Shown here piece by piece: positions 63,230 to 64,000 of a DNA stretch of 64,000 nt. The DNA lies in contig JBNJNM010000010.1 in the NCBI GenBank assembly GCA_052426225.1, positions 372,001-436,000 of the forward strand. Direction: 5' to 3'. Positions within the stretch are counted from its first letter, which is position 1. Every line of letters starts with the position of its first letter. Under the pieces are notes generated by a model. That model saw only the letters and a program-made list of their open reading frames with translations. It did not search any database and was not told the DNA's origin. Source of the stretch: Zancudomyces culisetae HAW-14-8 (taxonomy: Eukaryota; Fungi; Kickxellomycota). A program made the position numbers and the translations under genes.

Positions 63230-64000
63230 TTACTCAAAGGGCAGCCGCGATATGTAACGCTTGGAGGCTTTACCCATCCATCCTTTATGGTCATTAATCA
63301 ATCTATTCGTGTTTTCCGAACTCCTATGCTGTTGAATTCCAACCCTAGATGTACGTGTGGGTGTATCGGGTAAGGAATACTCTTTTGGATAAACATACCA
63401 ACCTGTGCCACCACCAACACCATTGTACTCCATGTGATTATCCCTATTGGTACTCCTCAAATCTTGAGGTGCAAAGATTATGCTTTGTTCTGGATAGCTT
63501 TCCATATCGTACATACCAGTGCTATATCTGGGAGCCATATCAACCATCTGGCTGCGATAATTTCTTTCTCTAGGCTTATATGCAGATTGAGCCAGAATGT
63601 GTTTGTAAAAGTTTAGTGTTGGGTCGCTTGTGCGATCAACGAACGCACTGTTGCTCCCAAGCGAGCCTACACGTGTTACTCGTGGTGTAGCATAACGTTC
63701 GTCATGAGTATGAGTATGACTATGGAACATACTGCCAGAATTGCTATTCTTACTATATCGATAATGAGCTGCTGGTACATCTGCTAGCAGTAATCTTGGT
63801 TCATTATTGTGCGGAGGTGAAAATCTCAACTCTCTTTGCTCTTTTTTGTGATCTGTTTCTCGTAATTTCCTTTTTTTGTACGCAAGATACGTCTCCTCAT
63901 TAGTATTTTTTCCGTGGCTCAACGATCTATAACTTTGTCCACTGTTTTTTGCTGTTTTAGCGCAAAATTCCAAGGTTTGCTTTTTCTTGCTGTTTTCATC
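63230..64000 (-). CDS. 3' part of an unknown low-complexity protein extending beyond the window
   Basis: Open frame of at least 247 codons running to the right edge, with basic NLS-like KKRK. No recognisable domain. Confidence 0.55.
   Translation of the reverse strand, partial: DENSKKKQTLEFCAKTAKNSGQSYRSLSHGKNTNEETYLAYKKRKLRETDHKKEQRELRFSPPHNNEPRLLLADVPAAHYRYSKNSNSGSMFHSHTHTHDERYATPRVTRVGSLGSNSAFVDRTSDPTLNFYKHILAQSAYKPRERNYRSQMVDMAPRYSTGMYDMESYPEQSIIFAPQDLRSTNRDNHMEYNGVGGGTGWYVYPKEYSLPDTPTRTSRVGIQQHRSSENTNRLINDHKGWMGKASKRYISRLPFE

Noticed and set aside
486-63616. The many 60-215 aa ORFs antisense to or nested in the long genes, and short Phe/Ile/Lys-rich intergenic ORFs
   Set aside because: No motifs, frequent non-ATG starts, and composition typical of shadow frames or AT-rich non-coding DNA.

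Overview
AT-rich, gene-dense eukaryotic (fungal) nuclear DNA with short GT-AG introns. Gene content (Zn2Cys6 factor, mitochondrial TypA, SAM-ATRX-like SNF2), divergent proteins and low-complexity tracts suggest an early-diverging fungus, possibly Kickxellomycotina/Harpellales; this is an inference and was not tested. I support 18 protein-coding loci: THR1 (partial), GYP7, a highly diverged COG8, HAP5/NF-YC, NSA1/WDR74, a 70-aa spliced CBP4 missed by the ORF track, a small secreted Cys-containing orphan, a SAM+SNF2 ATRX-like helicase, a mitochondrial PPR-like protein, TypA/BipA, an FAD oxidoreductase ending in PTS1-like AKM, a Zn2Cys6 factor, CFD1, SQOR/Hmt2, a Tag1-like membrane protein, PAP1, U1-70K/SNP1 and a partial unknown ORF. 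I found no rRNA, intact tRNA, CRISPR array or recognisable transposon. The main unexplained signals are four intergenic segments with hand-identified, plus-strand-biased RNA secondary structure; the best (18315-18555) has two mutually exclusive folds and a loose RNase MRP/P-like layout. Also notable are structured introns in U1-70K and CBP4, the secreted orphan, and several neighbouring gene pairs that share a function. All folds were found by eye and need computational confirmation. I cannot claim a proven new system.
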